From: Nemertoderma westbladi
Lineage: Eukaryota > Animalia > Xenacoelomorpha
Length of the DNA stretch: 34,116 bases
Reading direction: 5' to 3'
Assembly (NCBI GenBank): GCA_032718475.1
Contig: JAUCBJ010000768.1
Span: forward strand, 1-34,116
Shown here: one piece after another, positions 1 to 10,072 of the stretch
Layout of the letters: the number at the start of each line of letters is the position of its first letter
Numbering within the stretch: the first letter of the stretch is position 1
Translations under genes and position numbers: made by a program
Notes under the pieces: generated by a model
Told to the model about the DNA's origin: nothing
Database searches by the model: none
The model's input: only the letters and a program-made list of their open reading frames with translations

Positions 1-2
1 TT

Positions 3-3000
3 AGTGATGTTAATACTAATGGTAGGCCTGCTGATCCAGTAGCTACCGGTACACATATTAAAAATCCACGCATAGATCGAACCTGTCAGCCAGATCGTCT
101 GAACAAAGACGTTTCTCTTGCAGACTACAATACATGGAAAATTAATTTCCTCCAATTTTTCCGTATAAATGCGATGCAACACATGGAGCATGATTACCAA
201 ATTGCTCAACTTCAAGCATGTATTTCTCCAGAATTACAAACTACAAGTCGTCTGTCCCTTAATGTCACACCACAACATACTGTTGATGAAATTCTGGACA
301 TTCTCCATGAATATTACAAAAAAAAATGTAGTTGGATTCGCAGATGTGTCGAATTCAACAGTTGTCATCAGGTCGCTGGTGAACCATTTAATGATTTTTT
401 TGTTCGCCTGCGTGGCCTGCAAGAATTAACTGAACCATGCCACAGATGTATAGACCGCAACTTAATGGTCCAAATATGTCAAGGTGTCATAAACATTGAA
501 CTCCAACGGAAATTATTTGCTTTACAAATGGGGCACCCTACCTTAGATGACGTTAGAAATGAATGTATTGCATTTGAACACGGTGACCATGAATCAAATG
601 TTTCCAAACAACCAAACCGTGATCAATTAATACACAATATACAAACAATTTCGTCCCCAGATGGGGCTGTTGAAATACCGGTACCACAATATACATTTAC
701 TATTGATGAAATTCGAGAAACAATGTTAAATAGTAAAGGTACTGATTCTGATATAATTCATGCACTTCAAGTTTTAAAAACGCAACAACTTCCAGCACGG
801 TCAAAGAAAACTTACCCTATTTATAGGGGTAAAGGCAATACACAAACCCAATCTACATTCTCAAAAAGTACTTCATCAAAAAGCCGGAATTGCCCTTGGT
901 GTGGTGGACCATCACCACATGAAAATAATAGACAAAACTGTCCAGCCAGTGGGAAATTATGTGTCAATTGTGGGAGAAAGGGACACTTTTCATTTGCTTG
1001 TAAAGCAAACCCAGCTATGCAATCTTTTCAACAACGACAAATTAATCAAATTGAATATAATAAACAATGCGATGAAGGGGATGATGACAGTGACCAATCA
1101 TCCTATGTTTATCGTGCTGGCGTTAATATTAATGTGATTTCAGATGAAGTTCATATTACTCAAATTAAATTTTCACATTCTGCACCATTGATACGAATTA
1201 ATGTATGTGGAACACAAAATAATGCCATTTTTGTTTGTGACTCACTTCCAGATACTGGTGCAGATGCCCCAATCGTACCATATGGTCTAATAAAAGACAA
1301 TGATTTAATAATGGAGATTAAAAAATCTCACAAGCCGAAGGTATTTGCTGCAAACGGTACTGTAATCCAATCCATTGGTATCATAACTTTAAAATTACAT
1401 TACTATGGACATAAGGCTATAATCAATGCAGTGGTTACAGAAACAGCATCTACCTTTTTGCTACCCTGGTTTACCCTGAAACAATTAAAAATCATACCAG
1501 AATGTTTTCCCCTTCCATATATATTTCCAAAAGATAGCAGGGATCTTTATGTCCAAGAAGTATCATCAGCTAATAATGTGCGATCAACATTATTAGATGA
1601 ATATTCTGATGTCTTTGATACTGAACAGTTCCAGGCTATGGACATAACTCCAATGAAAATACACCTTAAACAAAATGCAATTCCATCTAAGATATATACT
1701 GCAAGAAAAATCCCTGTTCATCTAGAGGCAGACACAAAGGCAGAATTAGAAAATATGACCAAACTAGGAGTAATTAAAAAATTAGAATCTGATGCTGAAC
1801 CCCCAGAATGGATTTCTCCAATGGTGGTTATACAAAAACCACGAGGTGGGATTCGAATATGTGTGGACTACACTGCTCTAAATCAATACATAGAACGCCC
1901 GGTACATCCATTTAAGTGTCCTGCTGATATCGTTGCAAATTTAAATAATGGGTGTCAGTTTTTCTCAACTTTAGATGCAGTGAAAGGATACTGGCAAGTT
2001 CCTCTTGAATTCAATAGCCAAAAATATACAACATTCCTAACTCCATGGGGTTGCTATGTTTTTCTTCGAGCCCCAATGGGCCTTAGTTCAACTGGTGATG
2101 TATATTGTATATGGGGAGATACAGCAATATCTGGAATCCCTTCAGTAGAAAAAGTTGTAGATGATATGCTGGTTCATACAGTTACATTTGAAGAACATGT
2201 GACTGTTGTGAGATCCATACTAGACCGATGTAGACAATACAAGATTACATTGTCAAAAGATAAATTTATCTTCGCCCAGCCAGAAGTGGAATTTATTGGA
2301 ATGCGCATCGGGCGAAATGGTATTCATGGTGATCCATTAAAGATGGAAGCTATTAGAGAATTCCCAATACCAAAAGACATTTCCATGTTGAAATCTTTTT
2401 TTGGTATTATTACACAACTTCAAATGTTTACACCAAATCTGGCTCAGATATCTGCACCATTACGTGGTTTGTTGAGCCCTAAGAATGCATTTGTATGGAC
2501 CCATGATCATACACAAGCTTTCAATGCAACCAAAAATTTACTTACTTGTTTACCGGCCCTTCAACCATTCGATAAAACATTACCAATTTCACTACACACA
2601 GATGCCTCTAAAGATGGTATTGGATATGTACTCATGCAAAAACATGACAGCAATTGGTGTATAGTAACCTGTGGAAGCCGTTTTGTCACTCCCACAGAGT
2701 CGAATTGGGCTGTCATTGAACGTGAGCTGTTAGCTGTTCAATGGGCAGTAACGAAATGCAGAGTATATTTACAAGGTTGCCCAAATTTTTCTGTTAACAC
2801 AGATCATAAACCTCTAATCACCATATTAAATAGTAAAACATTGGACAAAATAGGTAATTTACGACTTCAGAGAATCAAAGAAAAGCTTATTGGATATAAC
2901 TTTACTGCTATATGGATACCGGGTAAGAATAATGGCTCTGCCGATGCTCTATCTAGAGCACCTGTATCTCAACCTGATAAAGAGGATATAGATCAAGTAA

Positions 3001-4334
3001 ATGAGATCATCACTCAAGTAAACGAAGTCATTACAGTAAATTCTAATGATATTGACCCATCGCACACTCTATTTACGAAAGCTGTTAGTGAAGATACCGA
3101 ATATAAACTCCTTATTTCTCATATTATTTCTGGATGTTACAAGATACCTCAAGAGTTAATTATGTTCAAAAACATAATTAAAGACCTTTCAATATGTAAT
3201 GAGCTAATCTTGTATGGAGATCGTATTGTTGTACCAAAAAAGGCCAGAAATGAGGTTCTGCGTCGATTACATGTACCACATCAAGGAATTCGTCGATCCA
3301 AAGAAAGAGCCCGCCGATTATATTATTGGCCAGGAATGAATAGTGATATAACCAACACTGTTGAGAACTGTCATAATTGTCAAAAATATAGACCCAGTCA
3401 GGCACCAGAACCAATGACTCTTGATGTTAATCCGACTCGACCATTTGAAAATGTCTCGACTGACCTTTGTAGCTATGGAAATAATATATATCTCATATAT
3501 GTGGACCGTTTTTCTGGATGGCCAATAGTTATTTTGTTCAATAAACCTCCAACAACATCCCAAATAACTTCAAAACTAATCGATCTGTTTTGTGATACAG
3601 GCGTTCCTGTGAAAATGCGATCAGATGGTGGATCACAATATGCTTCAGCAGAGTTCAATACTTTTTGCAACAATTGGCATATAGACCACACCCTTAGTAG
3701 TGCATATTATCCCCAATCTAATGGTCATGCCGAAGCTGGTATAAAATCAATGAAATCTTTAATTAAAAAATATACTTCAACTAATGGCCAATTAAATCAT
3801 GAAGGATTCAAAGAAGCAATATTAGAGTGGAGAAATACTCCCCGTGATGGTGATACTCCAGCTCCTTCAGTACTACTATATGGAAGACTAATGCGCACTC
3901 GTCTCCCTGCAAGCAAAGAAGCCTTGGACTTTCAGTGGAATAAAGTATTTGACGATATTGATAGAAAAATAGTGGATAAAAAACGTTGGGTAACAAAATC
4001 AAGATACGACTTACACACACATCCACTCAAACCTCTCTCCATAGGCACCTCTGTATTTGTTCAGGATGTCAGGACAAAGTTATGGGATCGAGTAGGTCGA
4101 ATAACTGATATAAGAGATAATGGTCATAGTTATTACGTTGCATTTCCATCTGGTCGTATCCTGCTGAGAAATAGGCGTTTTTTACGCCCAGAACCTTTGA
4201 TAAATAGCAATATAAATGATAGTAATAATAAATACAAAGAAATGGCTTCAGATACTGTAATTGTAGATCTACCCCTTCGGCGAAGCATCAGAGCAAAACA
4301 GTTACCAAACCGATATGGACAATTGATTAAGTAA
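3..4334 (+). CDS. gag-pol polyprotein (frame open from window start; ORF track begins at ATG 174)
   Basis: Knuckles CPWC..H..C and CVNCGRKGHFSFAC; protease LPDTGAD; RT LDAVKGYWQV, APMGL, VVDD; RNase H TDASKDGIG, TDHKPL, ADALSR; integrase LHVPHQG..CHNC, STDL, RSDGGSQY, SNGHAE; no internal stops. Confidence 0.95.
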   Translation, partial: SDVNTNGRPADPVATGTHIKNPRIDRTCQPDRLNKDVSLADYNTWKINFLQFFRINAMQHMEHDYQIAQLQACISPELQTTSRLSLNVTPQHTVDEILDILHEYYKKKCSWIRRCVEFNSCHQVAGEPFNDFFVRLRGLQELTEPCHRCIDRNLMVQICQGVINIELQRKLFALQMGHPTLDDVRNECIAFEHGDHESNVSKQPNRDQLIHNIQTISSPDGAVEIPVPQYTFTIDEIRETMLNSKGTDSDIIHALQVLKTQQLPARSKKTYPIYRGKGNTQTQSTFSKSTSSKSRNCPWCGGPSPHENNRQNCPASGKLCVNCGRKGHFSFACKANPAMQSFQQRQINQIEYNKQCDEGDDDSDQSSYVYRAGVNINVISDEVHITQIKFSHSAPLIRINVCGTQNNAIFVCDSLPDTGADAPIVPYGLIKDNDLIMEIKKSHKPKVFAANGTVIQSIGIITLKLHYYGHKAIINAVVTETASTFLLPWFTLKQLKIIPECFPLPYIFPKDSRDLYVQEVSSANNVRSTLLDEYSDVFDTEQFQAMDITPMKIHLKQNAIPSKIYTARKIPVHLEADTKAELENMTKLGVIKKLESDAEPPEWISPMVVIQKPRGGIRICVDYTALNQYIERPVHPFKCPADIVANLNNGCQFFSTLDAVKGYWQVPLEFNSQKYTTFLTPWGCYVFLRAPMGLSSTGDVYCIWGDTAISGIPSVEKVVDDMLVHTVTFEEHVTVVRSILDRCRQYKITLSKDKFIFAQPEVEFIGMRIGRNGIHGDPLKMEAIREFPIPKDISMLKSFFGIITQLQMFTPNLAQISAPLRGLLSPKNAFVWTHDHTQAFNATKNLLTCLPALQPFDKTLPISLHTDASKDGIGYVLMQKHDSNWCIVTCGSRFVTPTESNWAVIERELLAVQWAVTKCRVYLQGCPNFSVNTDHKPLITILNSKTLDKIGNLRLQRIKEKLIGYNFTAIWIPGKNNGSADALSRAPVSQPDKEDIDQVNEIITQVNEVITVNSNDIDPSHTLFTKAVSEDTEYKLLISHIISGCYKIPQELIMFKNIIKDLSICNELILYGDRIVVPKKARNEVLRRLHVPHQGIRRSKERARRLYYWPGMNSDITNTVENCHNCQKYRPSQAPEPMTLDVNPTRPFENVSTDLCSYGNNIYLIYVDRFSGWPIVILFNKPPTTSQITSKLIDLFCDTGVPVKMRSDGGSQYASAEFNTFCNNWHIDHTLSSAYYPQSNGHAEAGIKSMKSLIKKYTSTNGQLNHEGFKEAILEWRNTPRDGDTPAPSVLLYGRLMRTRLPASKEALDFQWNKVFDDIDRKIVDKKRWVTKSRYDLHTHPLKPLSIGTSVFVQDVRTKLWDRVGRITDIRDNGHSYYVAFPSGRILLRNRRFLRPEPLINSNINDSNNKYKEMASDTVIVDLPLRRSIRAKQLPNRYGQLIK

Positions 4335-4651
4335 ATAATGTTCCTTGGTATTATTTTTAAGATTATTACAATAAATGACTAAGAATGAAGATTGAATTAA
4401 TTTTGAGTAATTTGTATTGTATTGTAATAGATTATGTTTAAGCTATTTTGAATATGAAAGATGGTATATAATTTAGAATCAAAAACTGAAAAGGGATGTA
4501 TATTATTTTAGAGTATATCTATATATATCGAGTCAAGATTATTGATTGTGTATTGATTATATATTTAGGACCATATTTTTGTTAGAAGATTTAGTATGAT
4601 TTTTTTTTTGTTTATTTCTGATCTTTTGAGTTCAAAGATCATGGGGGGAGG

Positions 4652-4818
4652 TGTACAGTGTTGATCTAAGTGATAAGTCTTGATGATAAGTGATGATCTT
4701 AAGTGATATTATATACTTATATATATGTAGGCCTACAGGCCTATGGTAAGTCAAGTATTCAATATATAACATAAGTACTTCTGTACTTTGTCATCTGGCA
4801 ATCCCATATTTTCATACA
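4652..4818 (+). repeat. 3' LTR of the Mag-like element (~167 bp)
   Basis: Begins TGTA directly after the PPT and ends TACA at 4818 (or ACA at 4820); partner LTR not in window. Confidence 0.7.
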
Positions 4819-4844
4819 CAGCAGTCTGGCAGTATATCTACTGC

Positions 4845-5042
4845 CTACTGGTACTTCAGTACTTTACAGGCCTCGAACTCGAGGATTCTGTACAGCTGTT
4901 TGCGTAAATTAGCTGTCGATGTGCGAGGATTAAACTGTAAACCGGCATTTGTACGGTGGATTTTTAATGCGGCTCGGTCGAGTTCATCTATTTCGTCCGC
5001 AGTGAGGTCCAAGTAATCCTCTGGGTTAATAGCTTCCGCCAT
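4845..5042 (-). pseudogene. N-terminal gag remnant (MAEAINPEDYLDL...)
   Basis: First ATG about 60 nt after the PBS; TAG at 4845-4847 lies just before the nested insertion. Confidence 0.55.
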
Positions 5043-5102
5043 TTATTGTATTCGTAATTGAATTAGAAAATAAAATAATTCAAAAACAAGTAATTTACTT
5101 TA

Positions 5103-5114
5103 CTCGCAGCGCCA
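5103..5114 (-). promoter_or_regulatory. Primer-binding site, tRNA-Ser-like
   Basis: TGGCGCTGCGAG abuts the LTR-terminal CA and resembles the complement of eukaryotic tRNA-Ser 3' ends. Confidence 0.7.
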
Positions 5115-5288
5115 TGCTGTGATCCCTATAATATAGTTAGATCATGCAAAAAGGTAAATTAAGTTTATCCTGTATATCGGTAATCCCGTAGTATATTAGT
5201 CGTACTTATCCTAAGCTAGAATACATTTTGAATTTCCCGCCACCTGCATTTAAATGTTACATAAACATAATAAGGGTAGAACCCACCA

Positions 5289-6083
5289 CTGCGGAGGGTG
5301 TGGGAGACGGAGTGGGAGGTATGGGGGGATCTGTGGAGGGTGTGGGAGACGGAGTGGGAAGTACAGGAGGATCTGTGGAGGGTGTGGGAGACGGAGTGGG
5401 AAGTACAGGAGGATCTGTGGAGGGTGTAGGAGACGGAGTGGGGAGTACAGGAGGATCTGCGGAGGGTGTGGGAGACGGAGTGGGAGGTATGGGGGGATCT
5501 GTGGAGGGTGTGGGAGACGGAGTGGGAAGTACAGGAGGATCTGTGGACGGTGTGGGAGACGGTGTAGGAAGTACAGGATGATCTGTGGAGGGTGTGGGAG
5601 ACGGAGTGGGAGGTATGGGGGATCTGTGGAGGGTGTGGGAGACGGAGTGGGAAGTACAGGAGGATCTGCGGAGGGTGTGGGAGACGGAGTGGGAAGTACA
5701 GGATGATCTGTGGAGGGTGTGGGAGACGGAGTGGGAGGTATGGGGGGATCTGTGGACGGTGTGGGAGACGGTGTAGGAAGTACAGGATGATCTGTGGAGG
5801 GTGTGGGAGACGGAGTGGGAAGTACAGGAGGATGTGTGGAGGGTGTAGGAGACGGAGTGGGGAGTGCAGGAGGATCTGCGGAGGGTGTGGGAGACGGAGT
5901 GGGAGGTATGGGGGGATCTGTGGAGGGTGTGGGAGACGGAGTGGGAAGTACAGGAGGATCTGTGGAGGGTGTGGGAGACGGAGTGGGAAGTACAGGAGGA
6001 TCTGCGGAGGGTGTGGGAGACGGAGTGGGAAGTACAGGAGGATCTGCGGAGGGTGTGGGAGACGGAGTGGGAGGTATGGGGGG
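5289..6083 (+). repeat. 42-bp G-rich satellite, block 1 (~19 units)
   Basis: Consensus ggatctgtggagggtgtgggagacggagtgggaagtacagga. Confidence 0.97.
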
Positions 6084-7548
6084 ATTATTATTATTATTAT
6101 TAATATAAATTTACACCATAACTTAGAACTGAACAAAGACTGCATAGACAATTTAACTATAGTATTATATGGTGATGGGGTTTCCCCCATAAAAGATACA
6201 TTACATACATTTCATACATTACTTAGTTTAAAATATGAGTTAATAATTATTTAAGGTACATTAAAATACATCGAGTTAAAATTATTACTGTATGTAATTG
6301 GTAATTGAAAATATATATATACGTATTAATAAAAGGGTCGGTCTCTGATGTCGTAAAAATGAGATAAAATATATGCATATTAAATTTAAAATGAGATGCA
6401 GTAAATACGTATTAAAAGGGTCAGAGTGGATGTGAAATGTAATAAAATTTGTATTAATTAAATAAAGCATTATAGAATATAAGTCGTTATCTATGGGTAT
6501 AAATCATCGAGACGAGAGTTATTATTTCTACAGTTCATCAAGACGCAGCTGCAGCACACCGACCAGCTACAGGGAATATCAATTGAGTAGTGTTTAATGA
6601 AGTACCTCCAAAATAAATCGATCAGACGAGATTTAAGCCCTACATGGTTTGTGAAATTGATTCGATTAGGTAATACATTTGCAATGTAAGGTACTCGGAA
6701 CCAAAAGTTTTGTTCTGACTTGCATTTCTTCGGCCGCACAACATTAAATAAAATCCGATCATTTGAACGAGTATTTTGGTTTGATGGTCTGCTTAGTTTG
6801 AGGTGTTCTTCCCAGTTGATATCGCATTTTCCAGCGATAATCTTCGACAGCGTCATCAAATCTAGGAGTTGTAGGTAGAGAGAAAGGGGGAGTATGTTAA
6901 GTGATTTGAGCCGATCTGTGTAGGTCGATTCATTATCTCGTAGTATCCAGATAGTGGCACGTCGTTGTAGACTCTCTATACGTGATAGGTCGTGTTTATT
7001 TGGAGACCAACATGGTGATGCATAGGTTATTATCGGTAGAATCATAGATTTGTACATATTTAATTTCGATAGAGCGGTAAGATTTGATGCACAGTTACGT
7101 TTTATTAGTTGGAAGGCCATGTTTCCTTTACTGCATTTTTCAGTTACGTGTGCGGTCCAGGTAATATTCGATGAGAAGGTGACTCCCAGATCTTTTTCTG
7201 AGGTGGTTCGTTCTATCGGATGGCTATTAATAAATTTTACGTTGGACTGCCCTTGAAAAATAAGTTGTTTACATTTGCTGATATTAAATTCAAGACCGTT
7301 ACTTTGACCCCAGACTGATAATTTATTTAAATCGTCTTGTATTTGTGGGGGATTGGTTGTCGGATATATGGAAACAAGTTTGCAATCGTCAGCGAGTAGA
7401 TAAGGGTCTGTTTGTGTGCAAATGTTCGGTAGGTCATTCGATTCTACTAAGAATAACAATGTTGCTAGAATACTTCCTTGCGGAGTCCCGCTGTCAACAT
7501 CTTTAGTTTTTGACACTGCATCCACAACTTTCACTGATTGAGTTCTAT
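6084..7548 (-). mobile_element. 5'-truncated CR1/L2-type LINE, copy 1
   Basis: RT C-terminal ORF, ~390-bp 3' UTR and (TAA)n tail at 6084-6103; flanked by satellite. Confidence 0.9.
6491..7548 (-). pseudogene. Truncated LINE reverse transcriptase (C-terminal half)
   Basis: [54 protein letters not shown]. Confidence 0.9.
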
Positions 7549-8607
7549 GGAGGGTGTGGGATCTGTGGAGGGTGTGGGAGACGGAGTGGGAAGTACAGGA
7601 GGATCTGTGGAGGGTGTGGGAGATGGAGTGGGAAGTACAGGAGGATCTGTGGAGGGTGTAGGAGACGGAGTGGGAAGTACAGGAGGATCTGTGGAGGGTA
7701 TAGGAGACGGAGTGGGAAATACAGGAGGATCTGTGGAGGGTGTAGGAGACGGAGTGGGGAGTACAGGAGGATCTGCGGAGGGTGTGGGAGACGGAGTGGG
7801 AGGTATGGGGGATCTGTGGAGAGTGTGGGAGACGGAGTGGGAAGTACAGGAGGATCTGCGGAGGGTGTGGGAGACGGAGTGGAAAGTATGGGGGGATCTG
7901 TGGAGGGTGTGGGAGACGGAGTGGGAAGTACAGGAGGATCTGTGGAGGGTGTGGGAGACGGAGTGGGAAATACAGGAGGATCTGTGGAGGGTGTAGGAGA
8001 CGGAGTGGGGAGTACAGGAGGATCTGCGGAGGGTGTGGGAGACGGAGTGGGAGGTATGGGGGATCTGTGGAGGGTGTGGGAGACGGAGTGGGAAGTACAG
8101 GAGGATCTGTGGACAGTGTGGGAGACGGTGTAGGAAGTACACGATGATCTGTGGAGGGTGTGGGAGACGGAGTGCAAAGTAGAGGAGGATGTGTGGAGGG
8201 TGTAGGAGACGGAGTGGGGAGTACAGGAGGATCTGCGGAGGGTGTGGGAGACGGAGTGGGAGGTATGGGGGATCTGTGGAGGGTGTGGGAGACGGAGTGG
8301 GAAGTACAGGATGATCTGTGGAGGGTGTGGGAGACGGAGTGGGAGGTATGGGGGGATCTGTGGACGGTGTGGGAGACGGTGTAGGAAGTACAGGATGATC
8401 TGTGGAGGGTGTGGGAGACGGAGTGGGAAGTACAGGAGGATGTGTGGAGGGTGTAGGAGACGGAGTGGGGAGTACAGGAGGATCTGCGGAGGGTGTGGGA
8501 GACGGAGTGGGAGGTATGGGGGGATCTGTGGAGGGTGTGGGAGACGGAGTGGGAAGTACAGGAGGATCTGTGGAGGGTGTGGGAGACGGAGTGGGAGGTA
8601 TGGGGGG
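7549..8607 (+). repeat. 42-bp satellite, block 2 (~25 units)
   Basis: Same 42/41-bp unit. Confidence 0.97.
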
Positions 8608-10072
8608 ATTATTATTATTATTATTAATATAAATTTACACCATAACTTAGAACTGAACAAAGACTGCATAGACAATTTAACTATAGTATTATATGGTGAT
8701 GGGGTTTCCCCCATAAAAGATACATTACATACATTTCATACATTACTTAGTTTAAAATATGAGTTAATAATTATTTAAGGTACATTAAAATACATCGAGT
8801 TAAAATTATTACTGTATGTAATTGGTAATTGAAAATATATATATACGTATTAATAAAAGGGTCGGTCTCTGATGTCGTAAAAATGAGATAAAATATATGC
8901 ATATTAAATTTAAAATGAGATGCAGTAAATACGTATTAAAAGGGTCAGAGTGGATGTGAAATGTAATAAAATTTGTATTAATTAAATAAAGCATTATAGA
9001 ATATAAGTCGTTATCTATGGGTATAAATCATCGAGACGAGAGTTATTATTTCTACAGTTCATCAAGACGCAGCTGCAGCACACCGACCAGCTACAGGGAA
9101 TATCAATTGAGTAGTGTTTAATGAAGTACCTCCAAAATAAATCGATCAGACGAGATTTAAGCCCTACATGGTTTGTGAAATTGATTCGATTAGGTAATAC
9201 ATTTGCAATGTAAGGTACTCGGAACCAAAAGTTTTGTTCTGACTTGCATTTCTTCGGCCGCACAACATTAAATAAAATCCGATCATTTGAACGAGTATTT
9301 TGGTTTGATGGTCTGCTTAGTTTGAGGTGTTCTTCCCAGTTGATATCGCATTTTCCAGCGATAATCTTCGACAGCGTCATCAAATCTAGGAGTTGTAGGT
9401 AGAGAGAAAGGGGGAGTATGTTAAGTGATTTGAGCCGATCTGTGTAGGTCGATTCATTATCTCGTAGTATCCAGATAGTGGCACGTCGTTGTAGACTCTC
9501 TATACGTGATAGGTCGTGTTTATTTGGAGACCAACATGGTGATGCATAGGTTATTATCGGTAGAATCATAGATTTGTACATATTTAATTTCGATAGAGCG
9601 GTAAGATTTGATGCACAGTTACGTTTTATTAGTTGGAAGGCCATGTTTCCTTTACTGCATTTTTCAGTTACGTGTGCGGTCCAGGTAATATTCGATGAGA
9701 AGGTGACTCCCAGATCTTTTTCTGAGGTGGTTCGTTCTATCGGATGGCTATTAATAAATTTTACGTTGGACTGCCCTTGAAAAATAAGTTGTTTACATTT
9801 GCTGATATTAAATTCAAGACCGTTACTTTGACCCCAGACTGATAATTTATTTAAATCGTCTTGTATTTGTGGGGGATTGGTTGTCGGATATATGGAAACA
9901 AGTTTGCAATCGTCAGCGAGTAGATAAGGGTCTGTTTGTGTGCAAATGTTCGGTAGGTCATTCGATTCTACTAAGAATAACAATGTTGCTAGAATACTTC
10001 CTTGCGGAGTCCCGCTGTCAACATCTTTAGTTTTTGACACTGCATCCACAACTTTCACTGATTGAGTTCTAT
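8608..10072 (-). mobile_element. 5'-truncated CR1/L2-type LINE, copy 2 (duplicate of 6084-7548, offset 2524 bp)
   Basis: Same tail, same truncation point and same translation as copy 1. Confidence 0.9.
9015..10072 (-). pseudogene. Truncated LINE reverse transcriptase, copy 2
   Basis: Identical protein to 6491-7548; the upstream extension in the ORF track is satellite read-through. Confidence 0.9.

Larger units (their letters stand above)
1..4818 (+). mobile_element. Ty3/Gypsy LTR retrotransposon (Mag-like), 5' end outside window
   Basis: Single gag-pol ORF in PR-RT-RH-IN order, followed by polypurine tract GGGGGGAGG (4643-4651) and a short TGTA...TACA LTR. Confidence 0.93.
4819..5288 (-). 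mobile_element. 5' end of a second LTR retrotransposon (LTR + PBS + gag start), interrupted by the first element
   Basis: On the minus strand: LTR TGGTGGGTTC...GATCACAGCA (5288-5115, imperfect terminal inverted repeat), then TGGCGCTGCGAG, then ATG at 5042. Confidence 0.75.

Noticed and set aside
4488-4500. Alternative PPT/LTR start gaaaagggaTGTA
   Set aside because: GGGGGGAGG-TGTA at 4643-4655 is the stronger PPT; the alternative cannot be fully excluded without the 5' LTR
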